Shown: positions 49,820-64,000 of the stretch, piece after piece
How the letters are laid out: each line of letters starts with the position of its first letter
Numbering within the stretch: the stretch's first letter is position 1
Assembly: GCF_004010195.1 (NCBI RefSeq)
Contig: NC_057725.1
Span: forward strand, 20,362,553 to 20,426,552
Length of the DNA: 64,000 nucleotides
DNA from: Chiloscyllium plagiosum
Lineage: Eukaryota
Reading direction: 5' to 3'
Notes under the pieces: generated by a model
What the model saw: only the letters and a program-made list of their open reading frames with translations
What the model was told of the DNA's origin: nothing
The model's database searches: none
Translations under genes and position numbers: made by a program

Positions 49820-52800
49820 CAAATAAAGAAAACTATGATGGTATAAGGCACATTGCTATAAGAAATTGGGAAATGTTACTCAAACGAATGACAGAGGATA
49901 GGTAATGGCAAACAATTAAAGTGCACATTGCAACTTTTGCTCGTTCCTGCTTGGCACAAAAATGAAATGGGAAAGTTGGCACAACCATGCCTAACAAGGG
50001 AAATTATAGCTAACATTAGATCCAAGAAATGAGCATACAAATTAGTCTAAAAAGCAGCAGATCTGAACACTGGGAGCCATTTAGATTTCAGCAAAGGGAG
50101 CAAAGAGATTGATTAAGATGTGGAAAATAGAATCCAAGTGAACATACAAATTGATTGTAAAAGCTTCTATAGGTATGTAAAGAGAAAAAGATTCGTGAAA
50201 ACAAATGTAGGTCCTTTACAGTCAGAAACAGAGGAACTTGTAATGGAAAACAAAAAGATTGTAGGCCAATCTATATTTTAGTTCTGGTTCACAAAGGAAG
50301 ACACAAATATCCCAAAAATGTTAGTGAACACAGTATCTAATGAGAGGGAGGAACTGAAGGACTCAACATTATGAGGGAAATGGTATTGGGAAAATTGATG
50401 GAATTAAAGACCAATAAATCCCCAGGGCCTGATAATCTACATCCCAGAGTTAGTAAGGAAATGGCCCTAAAAATAATGAATACACTGGTGGTCATCTTTC
50501 AAAAGTCTAGAACAGTTTCTATGGATTGGAAAGTAGCAAAGTAACCCCACTATTTCGAAAAGGAGGTAGAGAAGAAACAGTAAATTATAGAAAGTTTGCC
50601 TACATTGGTAATAAGGAAAATGCAAAAGTTTATTATATTAACTTGGAAAACAGTGACAAGATCAGAGAGTCAGCATGGATTTGCAAAAGGGAAATTATGC
50701 TTGATAAATCTACTGGAGGTTTTTGAGGATGCAACTAGTAGAATTGATAAGGGGAGCCTTCGTTTACTTGGGACTTTCAAATGGCTTTCGATAAGACACA
50801 CGAAAGAGATCAACATGTAAAATTAAAGCACATTGGATTGAGAACTGGTTAGCTGACAGGAAACAAAGTGTCAGCATAAATGCATCTTTTTCTGAATGGC
50901 AGGTAGTGATTAGGGGGTCTGGCAGGGATCGGTGCTTGACGACAGCGATTCACTACCGTATATCTTAACAATTTAGTTGATGAAAGTAAACGTAATATCT
51001 CCAAGTTTGTAAATACTACAGAGGAGGGTGCAGAGGTGCCTCATTTTGATGTGTTCAGGTAGAATGAGTGGACAAATGCATGGCAACTGAAGTATAATAT
51101 GAATAAATGTGAAGTTATCCACTTTATTAGCTACAACAAGAAGGGGAATTATGATCTGAAGGGCGATAGATTGGAAAAGGGGGAGATGCAACGAGACCTA
51201 GGTGTCCTCATACACCAGTTGCTGAAAGTAAGCAAGGAGATGCAGCAAGGTGAGGTGAAGAAGACAAACTGTATGTTGGCCTCATAGCAAGAGGAGTTGT
51301 GCACAGGAGCAGGGATACCTTGTCACAATTGCACAGGGCCTTGATGAGATCACACTTGGGGTATTCTGTGCAATTTTGGTCTCCCTAACAGACGAAGCAG
51401 TTCTAGCTATAGAGGGAGTGCAGTGAAGATTTCCCAAATTGATTCCAAGGATGACAGGATTGATATAAGAAGAGAGGCTGAATTATAGAGTCATGGAGTC
51501 ATAGAGATGGACAGCACGGAAACAGACACTTCAGTCCAACTGTCCATGCCAACTGATATCTCAACCTAACCTAGTTCCACCTGCCAGCACCCGGCCCATA
51601 TCCCTCCAAACCCTTCCTATTCATATACCCATCCAGATACCTTTTAAACGTTGTAATTATACCAGCCTCCACCACTTCCTCTAGCAGTGCATTCCATACA
51701 CGCACCACCTTCTGCGTGAAAAAGTTATTCCTTCGGTCCCTTTTAAATCTTTCCCCTCTCACCCTAAACCTATGCCCTCGCGTTCGGGACTCCCCCACCC
51801 CAGGAAAAAGATCTTGTCTATTTACCCTATCCATACCCATCATGACTTTATAAACCTCTGTAAGGTCATCCCTCAGCCTCCGATGCTCCAGGGAAAACAG
51901 CCCCAGCCTATTCAACCTCTCCCTTTAGCTCAAATCCTCTAACCTTGGCAACATCCTTGTAGATCTTTTCTGAACCCTTTCAAGTTTCACAACATCCTTC
52001 TGATAGGAGGAAGACCAGAAATGCACGCAATATTACAAAGTGGCAGCTGCAACATAATCTCCCAACTCCTATACTCAATGCTCCGACTGGATGCCTTCTT
52101 CACTATTCTACCTACCTGAAACTCCAATTTCAAGGAACTCTGAACCTGCACTCCAAGGTCTCTTTATTCAGCAACACTCCCTGGGATCTTACCATTAAGT
52201 TGTCAGCCCTGCCGTGATTTGTCTTTCCAGAACACAGCACCTCACATTTATCTAAATTAAACTCCATCTGCCACTCCTCAGCCCATTGGCCCGTCTGATC
52301 AAACTCCTGTTGTATTCAAAGGTAACCTTTTTTGCTACACCCCTAATTTTAGTGTCAGCTGAAATTACTAACTATAACTTCTTTGTTCACATCCAAATCA
52401 TTTCTATAAATGACAAAATCAGTAGACCCAGCACCGATCCTTGTGGCACATTGCTGGACACAGGCCTCCAGTCTGCAAAGCAACACTCCACCACCACCCT
52501 CTGTCTTCTCCCTTCGAGCCAGTTCTGTATCCAAATGGCTAGTTCTCCCTCTATTCCATGTGACCTAACCTTGCCAACTAGTCTACAATGAGGAACGTTG
52601 TCAAATGCCTTACTAAAGTCCATATAGATCTCTCCACTGCCTGCCTCCACATCTCTCCACTGTCTTTGTTAGTTCTTCAAAAAACTCAATCAAGTTAGTG
52701 AGATATGATTTCCCATGAACAAAGACATGTTGACTATCCCTAATCAGTCCTTGTCTATCCAAATACATGTAAATCCTGTCCCTCTGTATTCCCTTCAATA

Positions 52801-53160
52801 ACTTGCCTCCCATCAATATCAAGCTCACCAGTCTATAGTTCCCTGGCTTTTCCTTACCACTTTTCTTAAATAGTCGCACCATGTTAGACAATCTCCAATC
52901 TTCCAGGACCTCACCTGTGACTATCGATGATATAAATATCTCAGCAAGGGGCTCGGCAAACACTTCCCTAGCTTTGGTTAGGACTTTAAAAAATTGAGGG
53001 TGGATATCATAGAAAACTTATAAAATTCTAACAGACCTAAACAGGGTAAACGCAGAAAGGATATTGCCCATGACTGGTGAGTCCTGAATCAGGGGTCACA
53101 GGCTGAGGATACAGGGTAGACCATTTAGTGCTGGGGTGAAGAGAAATTTCATCAGGAAGT
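49820..53160. mobile_element. Older + strand CR1 interrupted by a - strand CR1 (about 51487-52972)
   Basis: Multiple CR1 ORF2 fragments on both strands. Confidence 0.85.
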
Positions 53161-54689
53161 GGTGACCAAAACATTGAACGTCAACTAATTGTGCCAAATG
53201 ACCTATATCTATACGCACAATCATAGAGAAACAGTGAATTGCCATAGATGGATGTAATTTAGGAATTGTAAACTCTTGTGTATATACTCCACAGAACATT
53301 CATAATGCAATTTATGTCATTATTAAATTCCTTTTCAATTATCAGTTTGTTGATTAAGTTAACCACCTAATGCTGATACTTTCCTATGATAAAAGAAAAG
53401 ATTGAGTTTTGAATAATCATCACAATAATCTCATTGAGCTGTGTACTGAACAATGTGGCATGTTATCTGATGGTGCTGCTCACTCATGCTAGCACAACTC
53501 CTAATCTTTAATCACTTAGGGAAATGGTTAACTAGGAAATAGATATTTTTACTTCAAACTTTATAAGTTATTCCACAAGATTGTCAGATTCAAAATGCAT
53601 GTAATGCCTTTCATAAGTATTAGCATCTAAAAATCGTCATTATTAATAATAATTAAACATCTATTTAATGTTACACTTACAATAATAGGAACTATTAGAG
53701 AAATTGACACATTACAGTTCTCCAGTTGGAGCTGATCGCTTGACCATGTCTATTTGAATTCCAAAGATTTAAAATAAATCTCCATTATAATAACATTCTA
53801 CCACGCTAAATATTGAGAATCCACATGTTTCAAAGTGTCATAGAGTCCCTATATTGTGGAAACAAGACATTAGGCCCAAGAAGTCCACACCGACCCTCCA
53901 AACAGTGTTCCACCCAGAGCCATTCTCCTACCCTATTCCTTTACATTACTCCTGACTAATGCACCTAATCTACACATCCCTAAACAGAGGAGACAGAGAG
54001 GATCAGCCTGGACATGCTTCTTTGGGTCCAGCTGCTTTTTCCCAACTATTGCTAAAAACAAAACAAAACAAAAGAAAAGCTGAACTGGAAGAACTGTCCA
54101 CTCTCCTTTCATTGTACAAGTGTTGGTTTTTAAAAACTCGAAAGCCTTCTACCTGAGACAGTATCTGTTGGCTATTATCAAATTGGCCTTAAAATGTTTC
54201 GACCCCAGACTTTTTGGAGTCGTTTATGACCTCTCCGAAAAAAAAGACAAGGATTGATAACCTTGTTAAAGGAGCAACTTCGTCATAATTAACTGCAGGT
54301 TTAATCAACTTGGTACAGTCCTTGAGTAATTCAGATAATTTGATAATTGGGATCAACATACATAGAAATATGTAAATGTAACAGAAAATGTCTGAATTTT
54401 AGAAATTATTATTAGAAGTGAAGATATGATATGACATAGCAAAGACCAGGTTAAAGTCGACAGATCCCTGATAAGTTGCTAGATCTCACCTGTCTCTCAA
54501 AACCCGTTTCCTTCCGCAATTAAGCTCTTTGAATCTCAAACTTCCTCCTGAACAAGGTCAGGAATTGTGGATGCCCAGTTACACATGGAAGTATCTGTGG
54601 TTTATGAGCCTGCTTGGAACAGAGGAATTAATTGTAGCATTTAATCTTAATCTGTCATAACTTGAGTATTGGGAAAAAGAAAAATGCTT

Positions 54690-55570
54690 TGTCAAAACTT
54701 TTCGATTTGCATTCATGAGGACATTTTATGAGAATATAAATTCAAGGAGAAACCCCAGCACTGACTCTGCATTTCAGGAAAGTGCTGACTGGTTGGCAAG
54801 TAAACTCTGATTGGTAGAAGCATTGCTGTGGAGAATTCACCCATTAATGTTGATCGACAGTTCATTGCCACGTTTTGTTAAGTTTTAAATCAGGTTGACT
54901 GTGATCAGTCAGGGCATTGCCCTGGGAAATGAACCAGCAAATAGCTGTCACCTATTTTGTTGAGTTGAACAGGTGCTGTTTGTGTTCATGTTCTTTACTG
55001 TCTGCACAGGCCAGGACCCTATGTAGTGAAGCAGAAAATTTGAGTGGTCCATATTGCAAGCAATTGACCAACTTAATTTGGTTATCAGCATGATTTCTCG
55101 CCCATTCAGGATTATCCACCAAATGATACCCAATTACAGAATCACATCTAATGTTAAACACTGTGTCTCAAGTTTTACAACGGGCAGGTTACATATGGTC
55201 AGCACCTTGCTTGGTGCAAGCAACCAAATAGACATGCTGTTTGATGTAATTTCTCACTTAAAATATCTGGCATTGAAATTCATATCACACATCACTCACT
55301 ATGTGATAGGCAGAACATCTTTTTGCCCTAATGGCATTTAGGCATGTAAGGAAATTCTTACATCTAGCTACAGATTTAAATAGAGCAAATGTAACATCTG
55401 CATATTGGAACAATTGAGAGTTTAAGAAGTTGTGTCATTCCATTGAAAAGACTTTTCTCATAAAACCCAACAGAGATAAATGTGAGCACTGGACCTAATG
55501 AGGATCCTGTGGCAATGCCAGTTATTTGAGCATTCATGGTGTTGTTGGAACTAAACTCTGAAAGTTGCTA
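54690..55570 (-). mobile_element. Old Penelope-like remnant (RT and GIY-YIG pieces)
   Basis: FNNTMNAQITGIATGSSLGP (RT) and CDSVIGYHLVDNPEWARN (GIY-YIG tail). Confidence 0.6.
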
Positions 55571-56067
55571 ATTTTATAAATTCAACAAATCCTGATGCAC
55601 ACAATGGTGATGGGTCACCATGAGATAGTACAAATGTCTATGGCATCTTTGTATGGTATACTGGTGAATTAGCTAACAATGTTCAATTAAGCACAAAGGA
55701 TCACTGCACTGCTATCAATATACATGTCCTGTATGGTCATCATAAACTGAAGGAATGCAGTCATTGATAAGATGGGCAAAGTTAAAAATCACACAACACC
55801 AGGTTATAGTCCAATAGGTTTAGTTGGAAGTATAAGCTTTCAGAACGTTGCTCCTTCATCAGGTAGCTAGTGGAGCAGGATCATAGGACAGAGAATTTAT
55901 AGTAAAAGATCATTGTGTCGTAAAACTGATGCAATATATTGAACAAACCTAGATTGCTGTTAAGTCTTTAATCACTTAGAATGGATTGCAAATTTCAATT
56001 CATTTATATATAAATTCCCTAACTTCTTTCAAGTCACATTCCCGAGATAACTTAAGGTCTTTCCAAG

Positions 56068-56405
56068 TGGGCGGCATGGTGGCACAGTGGCTAGCACTGC
56101 TGCCTCACAGCGCCAGAGACCTGGGTTCAATTCCCGCTTCAGGCGACTGACTGTCTGGAGTTTGCACATTCTCCCCGTGTCTGCGTGGGTTTCCTCCGGG
56201 TGCTCCGGTTTCCTCCCACAGTCCAAAAATGTGCAAGTCAGGTGAATTGGCCGAGCTAAATTGCCCGTAGTGTTAGGTGTAAGGGGTAAATGTAGGAGAA
56301 TGGGGTCTGGGTGGGTTGTGCTTCGGCGGGTCAGTGTGGACTTGTTGGGCCGAAGGGCCTGTTTCCACACTGTAAGTAATCTAATCTGTAAGTAATCTAA
56401 TCTAA
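56068..56405 (+). mobile_element. HE1-type V-SINE, full length
   Basis: Head, V domain and tail with AATCT repeats. Confidence 0.9.
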
Positions 56406-56860
56406 AACAAAAGTGACATCTCAGCTCAGACAATGCATTAAAGGTGGGAGGTTAGAGTCTGTTTGTATCCCAACCTTGAGTCAGAACAATTCTATTTCCA
56501 AAGTAGGAATTTATAAAATGTCACTCGGGCTGACTGCCTACAGGTTGTGTGTTTTTGAACAAAATAGAATATATCTGCAAATACAAATCTGCTATGCAAA
56601 TTCACCCCATAGACTTATGTGTGTGTGCGCATGAGTGTGAGGGAGAGAGAGTGTGTGCGCGAGTGTGACTGAGTAGTGCCTGTGAGAGTGTGTGTGCATG
56701 AGTGAGTGTGGGTGCCTGACAGACAGCATGTGTATGAGAGACGGTCTGCGTGAGTATGATCATGTGTAAGTGTGTGTGTGTACGTGCCCATGTGTGTAGT
56801 GTATTGGGTCACCTGTAGTGTGACATGAACCTAAGATGCTGGTTGAGGCCATCCTCATGG

Positions 56861-57068
56861 AGAAAGTGAGGACTGCAGATGCTGGAGATCAGAGCTGAAA
56901 ATGTGTTGCTGGAAAAGCACAGCAGGTCAGGCAGCATCCAAAGAGCAGGAGAATCGACGTTTCGGGCATGAGCCCATTTCCTGAAGAAGGGCTCATGCCC
57001 GAAACGTCGATTCTCCTGCTCCTTGGATGCTGCCTGACCTGCTGCGCTTTTCCAGCAACATATTTTCA
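56861..57068. mobile_element. Family A palindromic mini-element with a hammerhead (56981-57008, +)
   Basis: CTGAAGA-A-GGGC(TCAT)GCCC-GAAAC-GTC at the centre. TSD GCCATCCTCATGG at 56848-56860 and 57069-57081. Confidence 0.85.
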
Positions 57069-59959
57069 GCCATCCTCATGGCTACTAAACTTGGCTATCA
57101 GCCTCTGCTCAGTCACTCTGCATTGTTACATATCTCAAAGTACGCCTTGAGGACGGTCACCTGAAGATCCAAGGCCAAATGTCTTTGACTGCTGAAATGC
57201 TCCCTGACTGGGAGGGGGCATCCCTGTCTGGCGATTGTAGCACAGTGTCCATTCATCTGTTGTTGTAGCGTCTGCTTGATCTCATCAATGTACCATGCTT
57301 CGGGGCATTCATGCCTGCAGCATATGAGATAGACAATGTTCGCCAAGTCATATGAGTACCTGTACTGCACATGGTGGATGGTGTCTTTATGTGTAATGGT
57401 AATATCCATGTCAACACTTTGACACGTCTTGCAGTGGTTGCCATGACAAGGTTGTATGGTGCTGTAGTCGATGTTGTCCTGAAGGCTGGGGAGAAAGTGA
57501 GGTCTGCAGATGCTGGAGATCAGAGCTGAAAATGTGTTGCTGGAGAAGCGCAGCAGGTCAGGCAGCATCCAGGGAACAGGAGAATCAACGTTTCGGGCAT
57601 AAGCCCTTCTTCTTGCGGCAAACAATGATCTGCTTAAGATTTGGTGGTTGTTTAAAGGTAAGTGGAGGCAAAGGAAAGATCTCGGTGAGATGCTCATCCT
57701 CGTCGCTACTGTGTTGCAGGCTGTGAAGAACATGGCATCGTTTCTCAGATCCCAGGAAATACTGGACAATGAAGGGTACCCTATTGTTTGCATCCTATGT
57801 CTGTCTCCTGAGGAGGTCATTACGATTTGTCACTGTGGCACCTCAGAACTGGTGATCGATGAGTTGGGCATCATATCCTGTTCTTATGAGGATGTCTGTC
57901 AGCACCTTAAGGTGTCCGTCACGTTCCTCCTCATCTGAACAGATCCTCCTCATCTGAACAGCGTAGGGATTGTCCGAAGGGGATGGCTGTTTAATATGTT
58001 TAGAGTGGAAGCTTGAGAAATGCAGAATCATGAGGTTGTTCTTGAGCTTGCGGTAGTGTGAGGTACTGAGATGCCCATCCTTGATGGAGATGTATGTGTC
58101 CAAGAATGAGACTGATTCTAAAGTCCAAGGTAAGTCATACGCAGACCATCTCTCATACACACGCTTCTCAGAAACACACACACCACCACGCTCACACCCT
58201 CTCAGGCATATACTCCATCACACTCACTCACACGCATGCACACACACATATAAGTCTATAAGTTTATGGGGTGAATTCGCATTTGTATTTGTAGATACAT
58301 TCTATTTTGTTCAAAAAACACAATCTCTAAGCAGTCACTCCATGTAATATTTTATAAATTCCTACTTTGGAAGTAGAACAAGTCTGACTCAAGATTGAGA
58401 TACTGACAGACTCTAACCTCCCACCTTTAATGCATTGTCTAAGCTGAGATGTCACCATTTTTTATAAAACCTTGTTATCTTGAGAATGTGACTTGAAAGA
58501 AATTCTAGAATTTACATATTAATGAATCAAAACCTGCAACTCCATTCTAAGTGATTAAAGATTCAACAGCAATCGAGGTTTGTTCAATACAATGCATCAG
58601 TTGCATGACACTTTGATCTTTTACTATGAATTCTGTGTCCTATGATCCTGCCCCACCAGCTACCTGACAAAAGCTTGTACTTCCAAATAAACCTGTGGTG
58701 TTGTGTGATTTTTAACTTTGTCCACCACAGTCCAACACTGGCAGCTCCACATCATTGATAAGATGAAGGGACATTACATTCGTGTGTCTTGGGAAACCTG
58801 GGCAAACACATTAGTAAGCCACGAGGATGAACCCGATTGTAAATATCACCAAACAGCTTAGCATTCTTTGCTGAGACCAGTAAATGCAGTTTTATCTTGT
58901 TTTCAAGTAATGTGTACTGAGCAGCACATCCAATGGATATAAATACAAATCTGTCATTAAAAACGGTGTGCATTTTGTTGACATAAGTCACATTTATTCA
59001 GAATGACTGTTCCAGTCCCTTTGTGAGGTTTACTGATTCCCCTGTCCAGGTTGACTTTGAGATGGAGGGGGGAAAAGGGGTTCCGGATAGCCGAACCCTG
59101 GGCTGCCCTCAACCTGCCATCTACAGAACCACTTTCCAGCCGGCTTACTGCTTGTCAATCCAAATTAGGAAGCTGGAAAAAATTAGTTTCCTGACATGCC
59201 AGAGATCTTTAAAATGTAACTCCACCGCCATCACCGTGGCTTGATGCCAGCTAATACAGGTCAACCTGAAGCTATGATTCTGGTCTGTATAGTACATGGT
59301 CACATCATTTGCACAATGAATTATTGAAAGAACTTAGAATAACTGTTTCTCATCTCCTGATTAGCAGTGTTATTTTTTTCAGAACGTGGGGATGGAAAGG
59401 AAGTTTGGGGAGATCAGGAAGCGGCAAGGGGAGAGATCAGTACCTGGTGGAATGGCATCAGTCCCAGAGACCTGCAGGAGGCTTGGGAGGGGGAAAAAGA
59501 GAGCCAAGGGGAGTGTGAAAGATGGGAGATCGAGAAGCAAAGGGACTCGCAGCTCCCGGGCCCTACTTTTCTCCCTCCTCAAAACTCCTCTGCAGAAATA
59601 GTTGGAAGCACTCAGCATTCCACAAAGAAATGTGATTTAGAATATCTTCAATTAAATCATTGAGATAAGCAATCTCAAACATTGGAAAAAAAATTTGAGA
59701 TTGTAAAATGTTTGAAACTTTAATTAACTGAACCCTGTTTCTCCCTAATTTCTACCTGACCTATTTTAGTTTCTGTTTACACAGACCCACACAGCAATGT
59801 GGTTGACTCTGAACAACTGGGGATAGATAACAGATGCTGGCCTAGAAAGAAAATCTATACTCTTATATAAACAAACTCATGAAGTAAGACCTATCCTTTG
59901 CAAACCCTGACTCATCACCTTTGGGCAATACTTATGATCTAAGTTTGAAATTCTTAAAA

Positions 59960-60680
59960 TTATGCGACACAGAAGCAAAAGTAGACTATTGAGCTTAATG
60001 AGTCGGTTCAATGTTCATTCTCAATTTATCTGATAATCCTCAATTCCAATTTCCTGTCTTTTCCCTATGATTTCCAATTCGCAGACAGATTTTTACTCAG
60101 TATATCTCCACCTTGAATATACTTACTGCCCCAGCCTCAACAGCACTCCATGGTGAAGAATACCACAGATTCACTCCATGTTGAGAGAAGAACTTCCTCA
60201 ACATCTGTTACATATGGTCCTTTTACTCTGGGGATTGTAACCTTTTTAGATTCGTCAAGGAAAACAACTTTTCTGCATCTACCCTGTGAAGTCACCTACG
60301 AATTGTATGTTTCTATAGATTGCTTTTCATTCTTCTAAATGCCAAGTAATACAGCCCAACTTGCTCAACTTCCAAGCCAATTCCTTCCTACTCACATTCA
60401 ACTTAGTGAACCCTCAGGACTGCCTCCAAAGACTTAGACAAGGGGACAAAAACTGCTCTCAGTATTCCCAACTCTGATAAACCAGTGCATTATATAGTTT
60501 CAGCAAGACTTTACTATTTTTATGTTCAATTTCCTTTGAAATAAAAACCAACATTTCATTTGCCTTCCTTATTATCTGAACTTCTATGTGAACTTGTTAT
60601 GGTTTCTGTATCCCTCTGTGCTGTAGCTTTCTTCGATATTTCTCCATTTAAATAATAGTCAGCTCCTCTATTCTTTCCAT
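59960..60680 (-). mobile_element. Degenerate CR1 3' portion
   Basis: Similar to other CR1 3' ends in the window. Confidence 0.6.
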
Positions 60681-61137
60681 CTAAACAAAATGACCAAGAG
60701 CCAGACTAGGTACAGAATGACAGATATAGAGGATGCAGTAGGATCCACTCCACAATCAGCAGGATAAGGGAAGGCCTGGGTGGACATGAGCAATGCCTAA
60801 TCTATGTTTTTCAAGAAATAAGTGACTGTGGTTACCACATGGTTGGAATTTGATCAGATTAAAAATTAGAAATTGTATACACAACCTAAGGTATATAAGA
60901 GATAACATTTTACCAAAGTTCAATCTTAAGACAATAATCATGACTGATTCAGCTTGTGTACATGAATGTGTACATGCATAAGTAATCGTAACCTGTACTG
61001 GAGTCTCTTAACTTCTCAAGTTGAAAGGCGGTACCATCTCGCTGTCATTCAAATGTCCAAGTTAAATCTGTTCTTTCTTTGCACAGAGGCAGCTATTACA
61101 ATTAAGATTACGCCAAATTATAACCTTATACAAGTAG

Positions 61138-61143
61138 TTTATT
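61138..61143 (-). terminator. Candidate NDUFS3 polyadenylation signal
   Basis: AATAAA on the minus strand about 110 nt after the stop codon. Confidence 0.6.
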
Positions 61144-61250
61144 TACATATGTTTCACACAAATTATTAGGTTGTACAGAAAACAGTCACTTTAGGCCCAC
61201 ATTAAAATTGACATTAGACAGGTTTTCCCCAAATATTCAGCAGTTCCTAT

Positions 61251-61418
61251 TCATTTTGTCTCAGGACTTTTCTCTCCAGCTTCAAGTTTGGGTAGTTCAG
61301 CTGGTTCGCGGTGGGCTGGGAAAGCTTCCCATGGACTGTTGAGGTCAAATTTGCGGAATTCCTGGGTAAGTTCAATAGGCTCAGCTACAACACGTTTTAC
61401 CTCATCATCATAACGTAC
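61251..61418 (-). CDS. NDUFS3: NADH:ubiquinone oxidoreductase core subunit S3, last coding exon
   Basis: Hand translation after acceptor ttctttctag|: [55 protein letters not shown]. 168 nt. Confidence 0.97.
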   Translation of the reverse strand, partial: VRYDDEVKRVVAEPIELTQEFRKFDLNSPWEAFPAHREPAELPKLEAGEKSPETK

Positions 61419-62247
61419 CTAGAAAGAAGGGGAACAGTTAGCCAAAGACAAAGAACACAAGAACTGCCAAAGCAGTATATGATATTGGTTAAATATTATG
61501 TAGAAGTATTATGTAGATTCCTGATAACAACACGATATGGAGGAGGTGCAAAGGAGATTCATCAAAACGCTGCCCAGGTTGAAGCATTTCAGAGCTATGA
61601 ATAGAGACTAGATAGAATAGGGATGGTATCCCTGGAGAAGAGAAGACCAAAAGGGGACCCGATGAAGGTTTACAGGAGTATGAGTGGCATAGTTAGAACA
61701 AATCTTTCTCCTTACAGGGTCAATTACCAGTGAGCAAACATTTAAGCTAAGGAGCAGAAGCTTTAGCAGAGACTTAAGGAGAGTTCTTTTCACCCAGAAG
61801 GTGATGGTATCTGGAACTCACTGTCAGTAGAGGCTGGAAGCATCACAACATTTTCGTAGTATGCAGATGAACACCCAAAATGCTACAGCATAGAAGATCA
61901 AAGACCAAGTGCTGGAAAATGGGATTTGATTGGATAGATGCTTGATGACTGGCCAGACATGGTGGGCTGAAAGGTCTCTTTCCATGCTATATGACCAAAT
62001 GACAATGACATGGTCATGGGTATAATATTTAAAGTGGGCAGAATATTGAAACCCGGGCCTTTTTTTTGCAATTATTTTAAATGTGTCAATTTAGTTAAAA
62101 GAGATTTTCATTCCAACATACAAAGTTGACTCAAGTGGCTTTTAGGAGGGGTAGGGTGCTGCCAAGGTGTTTTCTGAGTAGGAGCACAGAACGAGGAGGA
62201 AAAAGAAAAAGCTTCATAGATGTACAGCTTTAAAAGATATTATTTTA

Positions 62248-62421
<174 letters not shown>

Positions 62422-62717
62422 TTAAAATTTGATATTTCTAAGATTTACGTATAGTGCAAAATGTTACCTGTATTTTGTCTAAGACATTATAAAAGTGTGT
62501 TAAATTTGAAACAAATTCTTAAAAATACAATTGAGCCAAGACAGAAATGTTAGACAACTTATAACATACTCAGTTACATTTTAACACCCTACTTTTCGTG
62601 TGATTAGAGGCCATAAGCACAGCATAATAGTTTTAAATCACATTAGTTGCTCACCACATAATTAACTTTGGGAATTATAATACTGTAAACAATGATCAGT
62701 TCGAGATAAGCCCTTTA

Positions 62718-62751
62718 TTCCTGATGAAGGGCTTATGCCCGAAACATCGAC
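62718..62751 (+). ncRNA. Hammerhead motif (family A) in an NDUFS3 intron, antisense to the gene
   Basis: CTGATGA-A-GGGC(TTAT)GCCC-GAAAC-ATC. Confidence 0.6.
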
Positions 62752-63472
62752 TCTCCTGCTCCTCAGATGCTGCCTGACCTACACTTTTCCACAACAATCG
62801 GTGTTTGGCTATTCCATGAAAGTCCCATGTTCTTGATTTCAGCAAAGAAAAGATCATAAAGCATGAATGGAGAAAAGGTGATCTGGCTGATCAAACCTAC
62901 TCCTTCCCCAAACAATATACATCGACTCAATCTTGAACTTCACCACAGTTATTCACAAACCAATCTAAATAACAAAACATTTAGTCATCTACACAATTCA
63001 ACAGTGGCCTGATAGAATCTATCGACTATTATTTGCCCACCCCCACAACAGTCATCCTAGTTGCTACATCCTATTTCTGATGCTCAACGAACTGTAAGTC
63101 AACATTCTGATTAGAACTCTACCAGAATTCCACGTGTAACATAGCACATAACTTCGTCTTTCAAATGTTTCCTGTCTCAACAGTTCTTTGCAGCTTTTAC
63201 TTCTACCTCAAATTCTGCTCACAACCAGACAATGCCTACTCTTAAAAATGTGTTAATTTACAGAAGATAAATGTCTTCTGCTAAGAATTTGTAAGTTGGT
63301 GTAATTTCTCACCCCATCTATTTTACTACCTGCACACTTGGCCTACAATGTTAAATAGTCTCTTGCCCGTGATTCAATTATTTTTGGTTCTCTGACTCAA
63401 TCTTGTTTTGCTTAGAAATTGGCTGGTAATAAACGTCTTCTCATAACATTTCATCCAATTTATTCAACTCAC

Positions 63473-63598
63473 CTCTCTCTCATACCAGTTTGCAACCTGG
63501 AACACAGGTACCAGGGAATCCAGTGGTGTCAACTCATCAGTGTAAGTCTTCACACGGATACGAGAGTTAAATTGCAGCGAAAGCAGGTTATATACAAT
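63473..63598 (-). CDS. NDUFS3: NDUFS3 internal coding exon
   Basis: [42 protein letters not shown], bounded by ccaacag| and |gtgagt. 126 nt. Upstream exons lie beyond the window. Confidence 0.97.
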
Positions 63599-63744
63599 CT
63601 GTTGGAAAGTGAGAACAGAAGAGATCTTAAAATTAAATCTCAACATCTGCATGGGGTAATCCAAACCCCAATCAAATTGAAGTTCTTCCACAATTTATCC
63701 AATTCCCAATACTATGTTTTAAGTCAATACCTACTTTATAGCAA

Positions 63745-63938
63745 GGAGAAAGTGAGGGTTGCAGATGCTGGAGATCAGAGCTGAAAATGTGTTGCTGGAA
63801 AAGCGCAGCAGGTCAGGCAGCATCCAAGGAACAGGAGAATCGACGTTTCGGGCATAAGGGCTTATGCCCGAAACGTCGATTCTCCTGTTCCTTGGATGCT
63901 GCCTGACCTGCTGCGCTTTTCCAGCAACACATTTTCAG
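63745..63938. mobile_element. Young family A palindromic mini-element with 14-bp TSD
   Basis: Near-perfect inverted arms. TSD CTACTTTATAGCAA at 63731-63744 and 63939-63952. Confidence 0.9.
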
Positions 63939-64000
63939 CTACTTTATAGCAAACCCATCGTAACAAAGGGGATCTGACAAGCATTTTGGCATTTCTGCTA

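Larger units (their letters stand above)
55775..58751 (-). mobile_element. Penelope family B element with long inverted termini, 14-bp TSD and nested insertions
   Basis: RT end (FLDTYISIKDG...MRRICSD) and GIY-YIG (CKTC...NIVYLICC...WYIDE). About 600 bp inverted arms. TSD TCATTGATAAGATG at 55761-55774 and 58752-58765. Confidence 0.9.

Noticed and set aside
54490-54610. Exon-like segment on the minus strand with AG and GTGAG boundaries
   Set aside because: Stop codons in all three frames and no recognisable protein.
56615-56800. TG-rich array
   Set aside because: Degenerate microsatellite within the Penelope 3' region, mirrored at about 58150-58250. Not a CRISPR or other functional array.
63820-63890. 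Hammerhead at the tip of the 63745-63938 palindrome
   Set aside because: Helix II and GAAACGTC are present but the CUGANGA core is deleted, so it is not called as a ribozyme.

Overview
Vertebrate genomic DNA, very probably an elasmobranch (shark), judged from HE1/V-SINE, CR1 and Penelope repeats; the species cannot be fixed from sequence alone. The window holds the RAG locus. RAG2 (+, ATG 6779-8338) and RAG1 (-, 39774-36628) each have a single coding exon and are arranged tail-to-tail about 28 kb apart. Read by eye beyond the ORF track: (i) at the left end, the probable promoter and first exon of NWC/IFTAP (C11orf74), with two inverted ZNF143 sites, an RFX X-box and a minus-strand splice donor; (ii) a probable RAG1 promoter and non-coding exon 1 near 42.9-43.0 kb; (iii) the last three coding exons of NDUFS3 (-, 63598-61251), on the side where tetrapods have TRAF6. 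Most of the rest is transposon debris: CR1, L2-like, RTE, HE1 SINEs, a Tc1/mariner-type MITE and Harbinger-like remnants. Two Penelope-like families carry minimal hammerhead ribozymes and form short palindromic insertions with 11-16 bp target-site duplications, one of them inside the presumptive RAG2 3' UTR. There are three assembly gaps. Repeat boundaries are approximate.
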